Source of the DNA: a virus
Taxonomy: Duplodnaviria > Caudoviricetes
Virus record (IMG/VR): IMGVR_UViG_3300044454_000039
Span: 2,176 to 66,175 of that record
Reading direction: 5' to 3' (one strand)
DNA length: 64,000 bases
Shown: positions 54,779 to 64,000 of the stretch, piece after piece
Numbering within the stretch: the stretch's first letter is position 1
Layout: every line of letters begins with the position of its first letter
Program-made: the position numbers and the translations under genes
The notes under the pieces: model-generated
Told to the model about the DNA's origin: nothing
Database searches by the model: none
What the model saw: only the letters and a program-made list of their open reading frames with translations

Positions 54779-55816
54779 TTACGCCGTGCACGCGACTTCG
54801 GCACGGACCATGAACGCATCCTGAAGGATGATCGCCGACTGCCACGCCTTCCAGCCGACCGTGCCCCGCTGACCGAGCGGGTCGCCCGCCGCAGGCTTCG
54901 GGTTGACGACCATCGGGACGATGGAATCCTTGCCCCGCAGCGGCACGATGCCGTACGCGTCGCGGGCAATGTACAGGATCGGGTACACGTCGGCATTGGT
55001 GCCCGTCGTGGACCGCATCGCGCCCTTGGCGCCGCCACCATCCGCGAACGGCGAGAACACCGTGGACGTGAGATAGCGCACACGCTCGACGGCGCCGATC
55101 TCGTTCTCGTACGGCGTCACCGTGCCGTACTGCTTGGTCGAGATGAACCCGGCCATGGAACGGATGTCGGTTTCGCCATCGGGGTGCACCAACCCGATGT
55201 ACGCGGCTTCGACCGGTTCCGTGCGGAAGTCCGGCGTGCTCTTGAGCGCCTGCGTGATGAACTTGGCGTTCTGCCGGTTGAGCGCGGTAGTGATCTGCCG
55301 TTGCAGCCCCAGCGTGATCGGCGTGTTCACGTCGGTCCGCAATGAGCCGTTGGCGAGGAACACGTTCGTGCCCGCCTTCAGGATGTTGTAGCGCACCGTC
55401 TCCAGCGTGAGCGCTGCCTGCTCGCTCATGATCTGCGTGGCTTCGCGCAGCACCGGGTCTTCGTGGGTGTCTTCCACCACGTCGGTGATGCCGACGAAAT
55501 CACCGTACTGGTGAAGCTGGACGGTGTAGTCCGCGTACGTCAGGCGCGAGCCGGTGGGCGTCACACCTTCGACCAGCGGCGTCGTCGCGAGCGGCACGTA
55601 GAACGGCTGCCCTTGCGTACCGGCACCGGCCGCACCCGTCGCTCCCACGAGGAAGTAACGACGGAACTTCGCGGTCTGCGTGTTGTTTTGCGGGATCGGG
55701 TATTGCTGCCCGAACTTTTCGATCACCATGTACGGCATCGCGCGGGTCAAGAGATCCTTGACCACGTACGCTGCGGTACGGGGGGTGATGTCCCCATAGA
55801 GCACGGTATTCGACAT
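54779..55816 (-). CDS. major capsid protein, N4-gp56 family
   Basis: KFRRY, LVEGVTP, QYG, HPD, EIG....VR, DPLGQRGTVGWK. Confidence 0.92.
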   Translation of the reverse strand: MSNTVLYGDITPRTAAYVVKDLLTRAMPYMVIEKFGQQYPIPQNNTQTAKFRRYFLVGATGAAGAGTQGQPFYVPLATTPLVEGVTPTGSRLTYADYTVQLHQYGDFVGITDVVEDTHEDPVLREATQIMSEQAALTLETVRYNILKAGTNVFLANGSLRTDVNTPITLGLQRQITTALNRQNAKFITQALKSTPDFRTEPVEAAYIGLVHPDGETDIRSMAGFISTKQYGTVTPYENEIGAVERVRYLTSTVFSPFADGGGAKGAMRSTTGTNADVYPILYIARDAYGIVPLRGKDSIVPMVVNPKPAAGDPLGQRGTVGWKAWQSAIILQDAFMVRAEVACTA

Positions 55817-55851
55817 GTTACTGTCCTTTCAACGGATGAGAAGAAGTGGTA

Positions 55852-56136
55852 TCAGACCGTGGTGAGCGCCGCAGGCGATGACGTGGCAGCGTTGTTCGTC
55901 GCGTTGTTGGTCACGTAGTTCACATCCGTGACTCCAGCATCCGCGTTGAGCTTCGTGGCCAGTGCGTTGACGGCTGTTGCCAGCGTGTCAACTGCGGTCA
56001 GCGCAGCGATCACCGCAGTCCTGATGGCAGCGAGATCGGCCTTCGCAGTCGTCTTGACGCCGGTCGCAGAGTTCGCTTCCAGCACCTTCTTGACTTCGGG
56101 GTCGATCAACGAGCCTTGGATGGCTTCGGTGGTCAT
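55852..56136 (-). CDS. small head-associated protein
   Basis: GGAG RBS; KLNADAGVTD.NY; between scaffold and MCP. Confidence 0.7.
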   Translation of the reverse strand: MTTEAIQGSLIDPEVKKVLEANSATGVKTTAKADLAAIRTAVIAALTAVDTLATAVNALATKLNADAGVTDVNYVTNNATNNAATSSPAALTTV

Positions 56137-56155
56137 GAGTTACGCTCCGTGTGCC

Positions 56156-57199
56156 CTAGCCGCTACGCAACGCTTCTGCCCACGCACCATCAAAATCGCT
56201 GGCATCCGCTGCTGTGACCGGGGTAGTACGTTTCGATCCGACAACTTGCAGCTTGCCCGCCGCTTTCTTGGCTGCCGCTGATAGGACTGTCGAGTTTGGT
56301 GCCGGGGAGTTACCAGCAGGAGCGCCCGCACCCGCGCGTCCTGCGACTGCTGCACCAGTGGCCGCTTGATTGGTCCCTGTTGCTCCAGTCGATTGCTTGT
56401 ACGTGTTGATCAATTCAGACACTTCCTGCGGCGTGCCCGACTTCATTACTTCCTGCGCGCCGCGCCGGAACGCTGCGGGCAGTGTCTCTACCCATGCGAC
56501 GACGTTATCGTACACGTCGTCGTAGTCGTTGTGCTCACCCCGAATGGCCGAGAGGGCAAGCTGTTCCTGAATGGTGTGCGACAGTTCCGCGAACTGCTCC
56601 AGCGTCGGATTGTAGACGCGGGCTAGTTGCGCGAACACATACTCGGCGACGTTGTACGCGGCTTGCTTGGTGACAACCTGCGTCGCCTCGAAGATGTCCG
56701 GCCAATCCTTCTTGAACGCGTCAAGCCGGGCGACTTCATCTTCGTTGGGTTGGTACCACTTCGGCTCGGGGGGAGCCGCAGGAGCACCGGCTGACACCGT
56801 ACCCTTGTCGGCTCCCCCGGCCTCACCCCCGACAGGAGTCTTCTCGGCAAGCGCCTTGAACGCCGCATTCTCGGCCCGTAGCCGGGTTAGCTCCGCGTCT
56901 TCGGTCGCCGCTGGTGCTGCCGCAGGCGCGGGGGCTGCCGTATCCGTGGCGGACGCAGCAGCGGCTTCAACAGCAGCAGCGGCGGCTTCCCCTTCGCCAG
57001 CGGGAGCACCTGCGCCAGCCGCACCATCACTCGTGGCACCCACGTCGCCAGCAGCATCGGCAGCGTCAGCCGTCTTGTCCCCTTTGATCGGGTCTTGAGC
57101 GGTAGCGCCAGTGGTGTCTGTCGGCGTCGGTTTCGCATCAGCAGCCAGAGCTTCAGCGAACGCATCGTCGAAGGTTTGTGGGGTCTGCTCGGTTGCCAT
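56156..57199 (-). CDS. capsid scaffolding protein
   Basis: Acidic, Ala-rich, FDDAF/FDGAW termini, between portal and MCP. Confidence 0.75.
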   Translation of the reverse strand: MATEQTPQTFDDAFAEALAADAKPTPTDTTGATAQDPIKGDKTADAADAAGDVGATSDGAAGAGAPAGEGEAAAAAVEAAAASATDTAAPAPAAAPAATEDAELTRLRAENAAFKALAEKTPVGGEAGGADKGTVSAGAPAAPPEPKWYQPNEDEVARLDAFKKDWPDIFEATQVVTKQAAYNVAEYVFAQLARVYNPTLEQFAELSHTIQEQLALSAIRGEHNDYDDVYDNVVAWVETLPAAFRRGAQEVMKSGTPQEVSELINTYKQSTGATGTNQAATGAAVAGRAGAGAPAGNSPAPNSTVLSAAAKKAAGKLQVVGSKRTTPVTAADASDFDGAWAEALRSG

Positions 57200-57206
57200 A
57201 GTGTGC

Positions 57207-57236
57207 CTTATACGGTTTTTGGATAGTGGTTGTCAA
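57207..57236 (-). promoter_or_regulatory. sigma70-type late promoter
   Basis: Minus strand TTGACA, 18 bp spacer, TATAAG; 7 nt before the scaffold ATG. Confidence 0.55.
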
Positions 57237-57243
57237 CAAGTCG

Positions 57244-57528
57244 TCACGGTGAACACTTGCAGTACACGTTCGCCCGCCCCGGTGTCGGCCGTCTGACGGT
57301 AATGTTCGTGCACTTCACCGTGAACCAGATTACCGGTGTCGCCTGCCCTTGCTGCGGGCAGCGGATACGCACTTCACTGTCCCCGAACTTGGACAGCGAA
57401 TTACCCGCGCATAGCTCGGTCAGCACGATAGGCTGTGGTGCGCCTTCGAAGTAGAAACCGATGGTCTTGTCCGCTGCGAACGTCGCACTCGTCCACAGTG
57501 CCGCGATGCAGAACAGCAGCACTTTCAT
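57244..57528 (-). CDS. small secreted Cys-rich protein
   Basis: Signal peptide MKVLLFCIAALWTSATFA; GAGGGG RBS; ATGA overlap. Confidence 0.65.
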   Translation of the reverse strand: MKVLLFCIAALWTSATFAADKTIGFYFEGAPQPIVLTELCAGNSLSKFGDSEVRIRCPQQGQATPVIWFTVKCTNITVRRPTPGRANVYCKCSP

Positions 57529-57779
57529 CTCGGCCCCTCGTTCACCACCGGATCGTTCTCGATGTACTGCTCCAGCATTTCCCACATCTGGCCCTCGCCT
57601 TGCAGCTTCCGCACGTCATCACCTTCGGCGCGCAGCAGCTTAGCCTTCACCACCGCCAGATTGATCTGCGCGAGCTTGAGCAGAGATTGCACTGCTCTCT
57701 CGTTGTAGTTTGTCCGTAATATGCGGCGGCACTCCACCACCTGCGCGTGCTGAATGGATGTCTGTGGGCGAGACGCCAC
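57525..57779 (-). CDS. small conserved post-portal protein
   Basis: AGGAGG RBS; RKLQGE motif. Confidence 0.65.
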   Translation of the reverse strand: MASRPQTSIQHAQVVECRRILRTNYNERAVQSLLKLAQINLAVVKAKLLRAEGDDVRKLQGEGQMWEMLEQYIENDPVVNEGPR

Positions 57780-59934
57780 TTTCGAGCCCTCCTAGAATGG
57801 CATTGAACGTCTGCACTTCGCTTGCCGCAGAGTTCTTATCCGATTGCGTTAGCGACTTCGTTGCGTCGGCGAGCAGCTTGCGCACTTCCGCCTTCATCAA
57901 CTCTTCCATGTCGGCCTTCTGCTTGGCCGCCGCTTCCTGCTGCGCCGCGTCGATCTGCTTGGCTTCGATGTCGGTGCAGATGACCCGTGTCACATCCATG
58001 TCGCGCACCGCCATGCGCTCGCGCAACAGTTGGTGCCACTTCACGTACGGGCGCTCTTCCGGCTGCAACGAGTTCGCCAAATTGTCGTAGGCGATTCCGC
58101 GCACTTCCTTGGCGATGAGCGACGACGATCCACGCGCGAGCGGCTGGAAATCCCCGCTCAGACTTGGCTTCGGATTGAAGTGCTTGTTGAAGAGCAGCAG
58201 CGAATGGATTACCGACATGGTAAAGCTGTCGAAGTTGCGCACCACGTCTTTGAACGGCAACGCGGCCAGCCCTTGCAGCATGGACGCCCCGGCCGCCGTG
58301 CGGAAGGGTTCGCTTGGCCCCTTCTGCATGTCGCCCCCGGTCGCGGGGCTGATGAACGTCTCGGCGTCGGCGAACTCCATGAACATCTTGACGATGGCCG
58401 ACAAATCCCCGATGTGCGAGTCGATCTGGACGTTCTTCACCGCAGGCCACTGCGCTTCTTGCCCGGTGCCGTTGCGCAGCCAGATCTTGTAGGGCTGGAT
58501 CGACTTCATGTCCTGCCCCGGTTCCAGCAAGTCCAGATTCACTTCGAGATTCGGGCCGCACACCACGCTCGCGTTGTCGAGCAGCATCCGCGTGGATGCG
58601 CTGATCGACATCTGCGAATCGCGGATGATGTTGGGGAGCCCGTTGCCCAGCAACGACGAGTCGTCTTCTTCGAAGATGAAGTGGTGGTACGACCGCACAC
58701 GCTCGTTGGGCTCAAGCTCGACCCACGGCGAGAGATCGCAGCGAATGATCTCCGCGTTGATCTGCCACACGCACGCCTCGACGAGATCGCCGGACAAGCC
58801 CTGCGGCAACTCGATGCCCGCCGCCTCGATGTAATCGCGGTTGACGAAGCCGTCCCAAATGATGATCTCGAACTTGTTGCCGGTGTGTGGGTTGACGTTC
58901 GACTGTACCCCGATTACCCGCAACTCCGTCTCGAACGTCTTTTCCTTGTAGTTGCCATGCGGCATGTTGCGCAGAATTTCCTTGATCGTATCGCCGAAGA
59001 ATTCGGGCTTGTCGGCGAACTCGCGCAACTGCGACTTCGATACCACCATGCGATGAAACTGGCCGTCCATCTGGTGCCAGTACCGCGCCGACATGTCGGG
59101 GTAGTAATCCCAAATCGGCACGAACTCGAATTGCGGCCGCAACGCTTCACTCTCCACCGCCGTCCACTGCGCCGGGACCATCTGCGGCTGCCCCATCTGG
59201 TCGAACGACATGCGCGGCGGCTGTTGCTGCCACGTGCGCTGCTTCTGCGTGCGCACGAACGGGCCTTTGAGAATGCCCACGCCGTACAGGATGCCCGACA
59301 GCAGCACCTTGCGACACAACGCCACGTAGTCGAGATGCCGCGTGCCGCCGACTTCCGCCAGTTGATCCTCGATTTCCTTTTCGAGATTGCTCGCGCGACC
59401 CACGGCGAAGTCGTAGACTTCCTGCTCGATCATCTCGCTGGTCAGCGGTGTCCCTGCCTGCTGCGCTTTGGCCTGCGCCTGCTGAATGACGACGTTGAGA
59501 TCTATCGTCTCCAGATTCGGCACCGTGGATGCGGTGACGCCCCAATTCTTCTCGCTCGTGGGGAACAGCAGATTCATCAGCCGCGCGAGCATCGACATGC
59601 ACTTGACGCGCGTGATGCGGGGGTAGGCGAAGCTGCGTGCAGTGTCGAGCTTCTGCTTTACGTCGGGGTCGTACTCGCCGAGAAACTGCCGCAGATTGCG
59701 CGCCCAGCGCATTTCTGCGTTGCGTCGGAAGCTCTCGTAATTGCGGAAGTCCGACGACAGCTTCGAGCCCAGCGACCGCATCTTGTCGCGATCCACCGGG
59801 GGTGGCATCAGGCGCAGCGCGTTCTCCTGTTCGCTGCTGACCATCGCTGGCACGTTCGGCGGTATCTGGCTTATCGACGGGTTGGTCTGCGGGATTGCGG
59901 GCATTGCCGCCATTCCTGTAACCGGGGATGCCAT
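57640..59934 (-). CDS. portal protein
   Basis: 764 aa after TerL; YGVGILKGP, WDYYPD, GNGLP, RMLLDNA, TAAGASML. Confidence 0.88.
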   Translation of the reverse strand: MASPVTGMAAMPAIPQTNPSISQIPPNVPAMVSSEQENALRLMPPPVDRDKMRSLGSKLSSDFRNYESFRRNAEMRWARNLRQFLGEYDPDVKQKLDTARSFAYPRITRVKCMSMLARLMNLLFPTSEKNWGVTASTVPNLETIDLNVVIQQAQAKAQQAGTPLTSEMIEQEVYDFAVGRASNLEKEIEDQLAEVGGTRHLDYVALCRKVLLSGILYGVGILKGPFVRTQKQRTWQQQPPRMSFDQMGQPQMVPAQWTAVESEALRPQFEFVPIWDYYPDMSARYWHQMDGQFHRMVVSKSQLREFADKPEFFGDTIKEILRNMPHGNYKEKTFETELRVIGVQSNVNPHTGNKFEIIIWDGFVNRDYIEAAGIELPQGLSGDLVEACVWQINAEIIRCDLSPWVELEPNERVRSYHHFIFEEDDSSLLGNGLPNIIRDSQMSISASTRMLLDNASVVCGPNLEVNLDLLEPGQDMKSIQPYKIWLRNGTGQEAQWPAVKNVQIDSHIGDLSAIVKMFMEFADAETFISPATGGDMQKGPSEPFRTAAGASMLQGLAALPFKDVVRNFDSFTMSVIHSLLLFNKHFNPKPSLSGDFQPLARGSSSLIAKEVRGIAYDNLANSLQPEERPYVKWHQLLRERMAVRDMDVTRVICTDIEAKQIDAAQQEAAAKQKADMEELMKAEVRKLLADATKSLTQSDKNSAASEVQTFNAILGGLESGVSPTDIHSARAGGGVPPHITDKLQRESSAISAQARADQSGGGEG

Positions 59935-59943
59935 GGCGAACTC

Positions 59944-61437
59944 CTAACGCATGTGGTAGGGGTTGGTGAAGGTTGGCAGTGTACCAATTTCCCGCCGCCG
60001 CATCTCTCCACGTAGTCCTTTGGCGAAGTATTTGCAGAGATACCCAAAGGCATCACCGGGGTGACTATAGTCGTTTTTCAGCGGTTCCGCAGCAGTGTCC
60101 CCCTTCAGCGACTTGCCGTAGCGCCACCCGCTGCGCAGCGCTCGTATAAGCGACTTGCATCGCGGATCTATCAGCAGCGCTGGTCCCATAGGGGTAAGTC
60201 GTGTGGTGTATTGCTCGATGGCATCGACGCGCCCCGGCAGCCGATTGTTCATGTCGGGAATCTTCACCGGGTAATACTTGCGCACCACCTGCAACACTGT
60301 CTGCTCGTTCGTCTGCCCCCGCTGCGTGGACGCCGGGTCAGGCGAGATGGTCAGTTGCGCCTGCGGGAAGCGAATGCGCATCAACGGCTGCACACACGTG
60401 GTGATGAAGCGCTGCGCGCCCATATCCCGCTTGACCAGTTCATCGAGCACCAGCAACCGGCCGTGCATGTCCAGTTGCCCGAAGATCATCGCGCAATTCA
60501 TGCCGGGGTCGTACCCTGCTACAAGGGGTAAACCGGACTGGTACAGCAGCGGCTTCTTCGCCACGTGCAAGTCGTGGTTGAACGTGTTGATGACCGGCGT
60601 GCCGGAAATCGAGTAGCCCCATTCGACGCCGATGTACTGCCGCACCCACGCATCGCCGTGATCCTTCGCGAGCGCGGTGTAGTACGCCGGGCCGCCCGGC
60701 AAGTTGTTCAGATTCTCCGCATCGGGGCCGTTGCCCGGTGGCTGCTGGAAGTACGTCCAGTTGGTCGCCTTCGGCGGCGCTCCAGTGGCCAGTCGGATCT
60801 CGGAGTCGCGCACCTGTGCAGCGAGCGTCTGTTCCGGCGTGAGCGGTGCCATGCTGAACTGCTCGGCATTCTGCAACGCTTCGTACCACCAGTCGTCTTC
60901 GTTGCCGGGGTTGGATGAGCCCCACATGCCCCAATTCGTCGCGCCGCCATCCTTCTGCGACGGGAAGCGCCCGCAGCGCGCGGCGAGCGCGTCTACGATT
61001 TCCTTCGGGATCTGGACGAACTCGTCGATGATCGCGAACGTGGTTTCGAGCGAGAGCACACGTGCCACGTCGTCTGGAGTATCGAGTGCTCGAAAGAGAA
61101 CTTCACACTCAACGTCGGCGAACTTGAGCACGAAGCGTTTGTCCGTCGCGTGCCACGAGCCTGCTTCGCCATTCTTGAACCAGATGTTCCACGAGACGAT
61201 GGTGGTGTCGGTCAACTGCGGCGCCGTGTTACGCACGACCACCGCCCGCACGCGTCGCTTGCCGTCCACGGGCGACGGTATCTGCTTCGACGCGAGATAG
61301 ACGAGCTTGAAGAAAATGCCGGTGGTCTTGCCGGACCCGACCGGGCCGATGATCCAATCCGCGAAGAACTGGCGCGGCTTGTGGTGCTTGATGAATTCCT
61401 TGACCGTTGGCGCCGGGTTGTAGTCGATGATCGCCAT
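59944..61437 (-). CDS. terL: terminase large subunit
   Basis: GPVGSGKT, VVRNT, IIDE, SNP, nuclease GYDPG, DPA, HPGDA. Confidence 0.93.
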   Translation of the reverse strand: MAIIDYNPAPTVKEFIKHHKPRQFFADWIIGPVGSGKTTGIFFKLVYLASKQIPSPVDGKRRVRAVVVRNTAPQLTDTTIVSWNIWFKNGEAGSWHATDKRFVLKFADVECEVLFRALDTPDDVARVLSLETTFAIIDEFVQIPKEIVDALAARCGRFPSQKDGGATNWGMWGSSNPGNEDDWWYEALQNAEQFSMAPLTPEQTLAAQVRDSEIRLATGAPPKATNWTYFQQPPGNGPDAENLNNLPGGPAYYTALAKDHGDAWVRQYIGVEWGYSISGTPVINTFNHDLHVAKKPLLYQSGLPLVAGYDPGMNCAMIFGQLDMHGRLLVLDELVKRDMGAQRFITTCVQPLMRIRFPQAQLTISPDPASTQRGQTNEQTVLQVVRKYYPVKIPDMNNRLPGRVDAIEQYTTRLTPMGPALLIDPRCKSLIRALRSGWRYGKSLKGDTAAEPLKNDYSHPGDAFGYLCKYFAKGLRGEMRRREIGTLPTFTNPYHMR

Positions 61438-61670
61438 CAGAGGAACACACCGCACGGGGGCACGTTCAGCGACGCGATGCGCGCCCGCAAATAGCCAACC
61501 AGCCGATCCGCCTGCACCGACGCGAAGCCGATGTGGACCGACGCATCTTCCCACTGTTCGGCGTCGAACGCCGCCCGCGCGTGCGTCATGCAGCGCTCGA
61601 TGTCGCGCAGCAGTAGCTCGTCGGTGTCCGGCGCTTCTTGCGGCGATGCCGGGACGTTCTCGATGTCCAT
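61437..61670 (-). CDS. hypothetical protein
   Basis: TGATG coupling at both ends; MDIENVPAS... Confidence 0.6.
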   Translation of the reverse strand: MDIENVPASPQEAPDTDELLLRDIERCMTHARAAFDAEQWEDASVHIGFASVQADRLVGYLRARIASLNVPPCGVFL

Positions 61671-62071
61671 CAGCGCAGCGGCCTTCCGCGTCTGATCCAC
61701 AGATCGACCATCTCGGCCCGGTCGCGCTGGAGCTTCTGGTACAGCGCGCGGTCCTGCGGCTTGAGCTTGTCCGGTGGTATCTGCTCCAACTCGAACAGCT
61801 TGTTGTCGATCTGCCGCTTCGCGTTCTGGTCCGCGCTGTATTCGATCTGCGTGTTGGTGCTGTCCAGCTTGTTCGCCACGCTCGCGTTCAGCGCCGCGAT
61901 CTGCGCGGTGTAGTCCGCCTTCATGTCCGCAGCTTCGACGCGCCGCAGGAAGAAGTTTTCGAGGAACAGCCAGCCGGTCACGGACGCGATGACGATGGCC
62001 AGCACCCACGCCCAAAACTTCGCCTGCGGCGATTCCGGCATCGTCACATCCGCGCCCATGATCCTCATCAC
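61670..62071 (-). CDS. single-TM coiled-coil protein
   Basis: FWAWVLAIVIASVTGWLFL helix followed by a coiled coil. Confidence 0.7.
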   Translation of the reverse strand: MMRIMGADVTMPESPQAKFWAWVLAIVIASVTGWLFLENFFLRRVEAADMKADYTAQIAALNASVANKLDSTNTQIEYSADQNAKRQIDNKLFELEQIPPDKLKPQDRALYQKLQRDRAEMVDLWIRRGRPLR

Positions 62072-62077
62072 AGCCCC

Positions 62078-62356
62078 CTACGGAACAATCGTCCAGTCGT
62101 CCGCCAACAGATCCGTCTGCGAGCACAGCCACGGCACGATCTCGCCCGTGGCGGTGCGCATATCGACGTGCGCGTGGTACTTGATCTCGGTACCCTCGGG
62201 GTAGATGCCGAGCAGTGGCGGCCGGTTGACGACGAACGTCGAGCCGGGCACGAGAAAGATGAACATGTTCTTGCCGTTCCATCCGGCCCGTGCCACCTTG
62301 TAGCCGAGACGTACTGCGGACAGCGCGTCGGAGAAGTCCATGTGGCCCTCGATCAT
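62078..62356 (-). CDS. tad2: DUF2829 / Tad2-family anti-defence nucleotide sponge
   Basis: MDFSDAL...G.KVARAGWNGK.MF...VPW..SQTDLLADDW signature; AGGAG RBS. Confidence 0.85.
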   Translation of the reverse strand: MIEGHMDFSDALSAVRLGYKVARAGWNGKNMFIFLVPGSTFVVNRPPLLGIYPEGTEIKYHAHVDMRTATGEIVPWLCSQTDLLADDWTIVP

Positions 62357-63015
62357 AGCGGTGTTTCTCCTGTGGGTACATCGGGCTGCGGTCTGTCGTG
62401 CTCGGCCTTGTACGCGGCGGCGTCGGCCTTCTGCTTCGCCGCCGCCTCTTCGGCCTGCTGCTTGAACTTCACGTCCCACGCGTCCCATCCGGCCTTCGCC
62501 GCGTCGTCCTTGGCCTTCTCTTCGGCGGACATGTAGGCGCGTTGATTGTAGAAGCAATCGGCAGCGGCGGGCCAGTCCTTGCCGTCCGCAGAGTACGTGC
62601 CACCGGACAGCGTGAAGTACCCGTCGCAGCCAAGGAACAGCGCGCCCACGGTGCCGACGAACTGGTCGCCCTTGCCGTTGGTCGCTTGGTCGCACACGCG
62701 CGTGCAGTAGCCGATGAACATCTCGCCGAGATCCGGCCGGGGTATCGACAGCGTGTGCCCGGTCTTGGGCAGCGTGACGGTGTTCGGGCAGTCCGCACCT
62801 ACCACCGGATCGACGCGGGCGTTGCCCACCTGCCGCACGTGCACGAGCAGCTTGTTGGCGTCCATTTCGTAGAGCGGATTGGGCGGCGCTTCGGACGGCA
62901 GCTTGATGGCCCCGCCGCCCGCGTTGGCCTGCGCGTAGGCGATGACCGCCTGCTTAACGGTGGAGAGATCGGATTCGATGCGGGTGATCTGTGACGCAAT
63001 GGTTTGGATGTCCAT
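62353..63015 (-). CDS. hypothetical protein
   Basis: 220 aa from ATG 63015; ATGA overlap with tad2. Confidence 0.7.
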   Translation of the reverse strand: MDIQTIASQITRIESDLSTVKQAVIAYAQANAGGGAIKLPSEAPPNPLYEMDANKLLVHVRQVGNARVDPVVGADCPNTVTLPKTGHTLSIPRPDLGEMFIGYCTRVCDQATNGKGDQFVGTVGALFLGCDGYFTLSGGTYSADGKDWPAAADCFYNQRAYMSAEEKAKDDAAKAGWDAWDVKFKQQAEEAAAKQKADAAAYKAEHDRPQPDVPTGETPL

Positions 63016-63025
63016 GGGGCTTTCG

Positions 63026-63517
63026 TTACAGGTTGATGTTGATTTGCAGGTTGGTACCACCACCGCCCGCAGCGTCGCCCTTCGGTTCGAGCCCGGCGAC
63101 ACGGTGCGTGTGCTTGATGAGATCGGCCTTCACCGCGCTCGGCGTGTGCGCGCTGTGGATCAGGTTCCACGACGTTTCCAGCAGCGCCTCACTCTGCATG
63201 CGCGCTTTGATACGAAAGCTCATGCCGTCTTTTTGCAGTAGCTCGACGGCATCGCGCAGCGCCTTCTGGAACACCGGGTTCTTGCGCAGCACGTCCCATG
63301 TCTCGGGCGTGAGCTTGTACGCTTCTAGGATCTGGTTACGCGGGATCTCCCCCAGCGCGAGTTCCAGCGGCAGGGTCGGCGGGAAGCCCAGCGTCGCCGG
63401 ATCGTCGAGATCCACCCGGCGCGGCCGTGGCCGTACCAGTGCAGGCAGCAGCACTTGCATCCCCGCATCGGCCACCGCTTGCGCCACCACTGCGTCCACG
63501 GCCTGCTCCGTCGTCAT
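63026..63517 (-). CDS. terS: terminase small subunit (probable)
   Basis: Helical protein upstream of TerL ending in GGTNLQININL beta tail. Confidence 0.65.
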   Translation of the reverse strand: MTTEQAVDAVVAQAVADAGMQVLLPALVRPRPRRVDLDDPATLGFPPTLPLELALGEIPRNQILEAYKLTPETWDVLRKNPVFQKALRDAVELLQKDGMSFRIKARMQSEALLETSWNLIHSAHTPSAVKADLIKHTHRVAGLEPKGDAAGGGGTNLQININL

Positions 63518-63527
63518 TGCACCCCCA

Positions 63528-63767
63528 CTACGCCCGTGCCCCTTCCTGACGGCTCCGGTTGGCTGCCTTTATACGCCGGATGTAGCGCTTGCGCCAGAGC
63601 GTCACCTTTTCGGGGTTCTTCTTTTTCCACTGCCGCTGCTTCTTGGCACTGCATTCCTTGCAGTACGTCGAGAGGCCGTCAGGGTTGCAGACGTTGCGCC
63701 CGAACATGGGCGACGTACGGGTGCGCTGGCACGCCGGGCAGCGCTTGCGGGAGGGCCGAGTGGTCAT
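63528..63767 (-). CDS. small zinc-finger protein
   Basis: CPAC...F......DGL..YCKEC, basic tail. Confidence 0.7.
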   Translation of the reverse strand: MTTRPSRKRCPACQRTRTSPMFGRNVCNPDGLSTYCKECSAKKQRQWKKKNPEKVTLWRKRYIRRIKAANRSRQEGARA

Positions 63768-63801
63768 AGGAGCAAAGCCGTAGGTGGGGTAAATGGTCGC
63801 C

Positions 63802-63830
63802 AGTGTGGGCACTAGGTAGGGAGTTGTCAA
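63802..63830 (-). promoter_or_regulatory. sigma70-type promoter heading the late arm
   Basis: Minus strand TTGACA, 17 bp spacer, CACACT; AT-rich sequence upstream. Confidence 0.5.
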
Positions 63831-64000
63831 CATCTAATTTCTGCACAAATCTCATGATTTTATGAGAAATTTGGGGGTAAAAGTGGTATAAATAGCGGAA
63901 AAAGTAGTTTCCGAGAGTGGTCACTAACATTTGTAAAATCGTGACAATTTACGTGTGGCATGGGCAAACCTGCGCGCGGCCCTTCGCCCCGCCGCCCCCC

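Noticed and set aside
44881-60015. Long + strand ORFs opposite structural genes (e.g. 44881-46599, 47707-49347, 58030-60015)
   Set aside because: Antisense shadows caused by high GC3 codon bias; no RBS or motifs.

Overview
The window looks like an essentially complete ~64 kb, GC-rich tailed dsDNA phage genome with two converging arms. The + strand arm (771-27726) carries early, accessory and replication genes: many small ORFs, an AAA+ ATPase / unknown protein / zincin-vWA module, a family A DNA polymerase, a PD-(D/E)XK nuclease, VRR-NUC, an SNF2-type helicase, an SSB-like protein, an HTH protein and a split primase / DUF927-type helicase. The - strand arm (63767-27809) carries TerS, a Tad2/DUF2829 anti-defence protein, TerL, portal, scaffold, an N4-gp56-type major capsid protein (MCP), an adaptor, a 2430-aa internal virion protein, lysis genes and tail genes. 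I saw no integrase, RNA polymerase, tRNA or CRISPR array. The most striking observation is inside the AAA-vWA module. Four small proteins there share a basic 'LLxxVRxME' motif, one of them is overprinted in another frame inside the vWA gene linker, and two carry ungapped segments resembling this phage's own MCP (possible capsid-mimic decoys or adaptors). Other notable items are a ~640-nt highly structured non-coding leader behind a consensus sigma70 promoter, four copies of a 31-bp dyad motif, and an endolysin-holin fusion with an internal start. All family assignments come from motifs recognised by eye; no searches were run.
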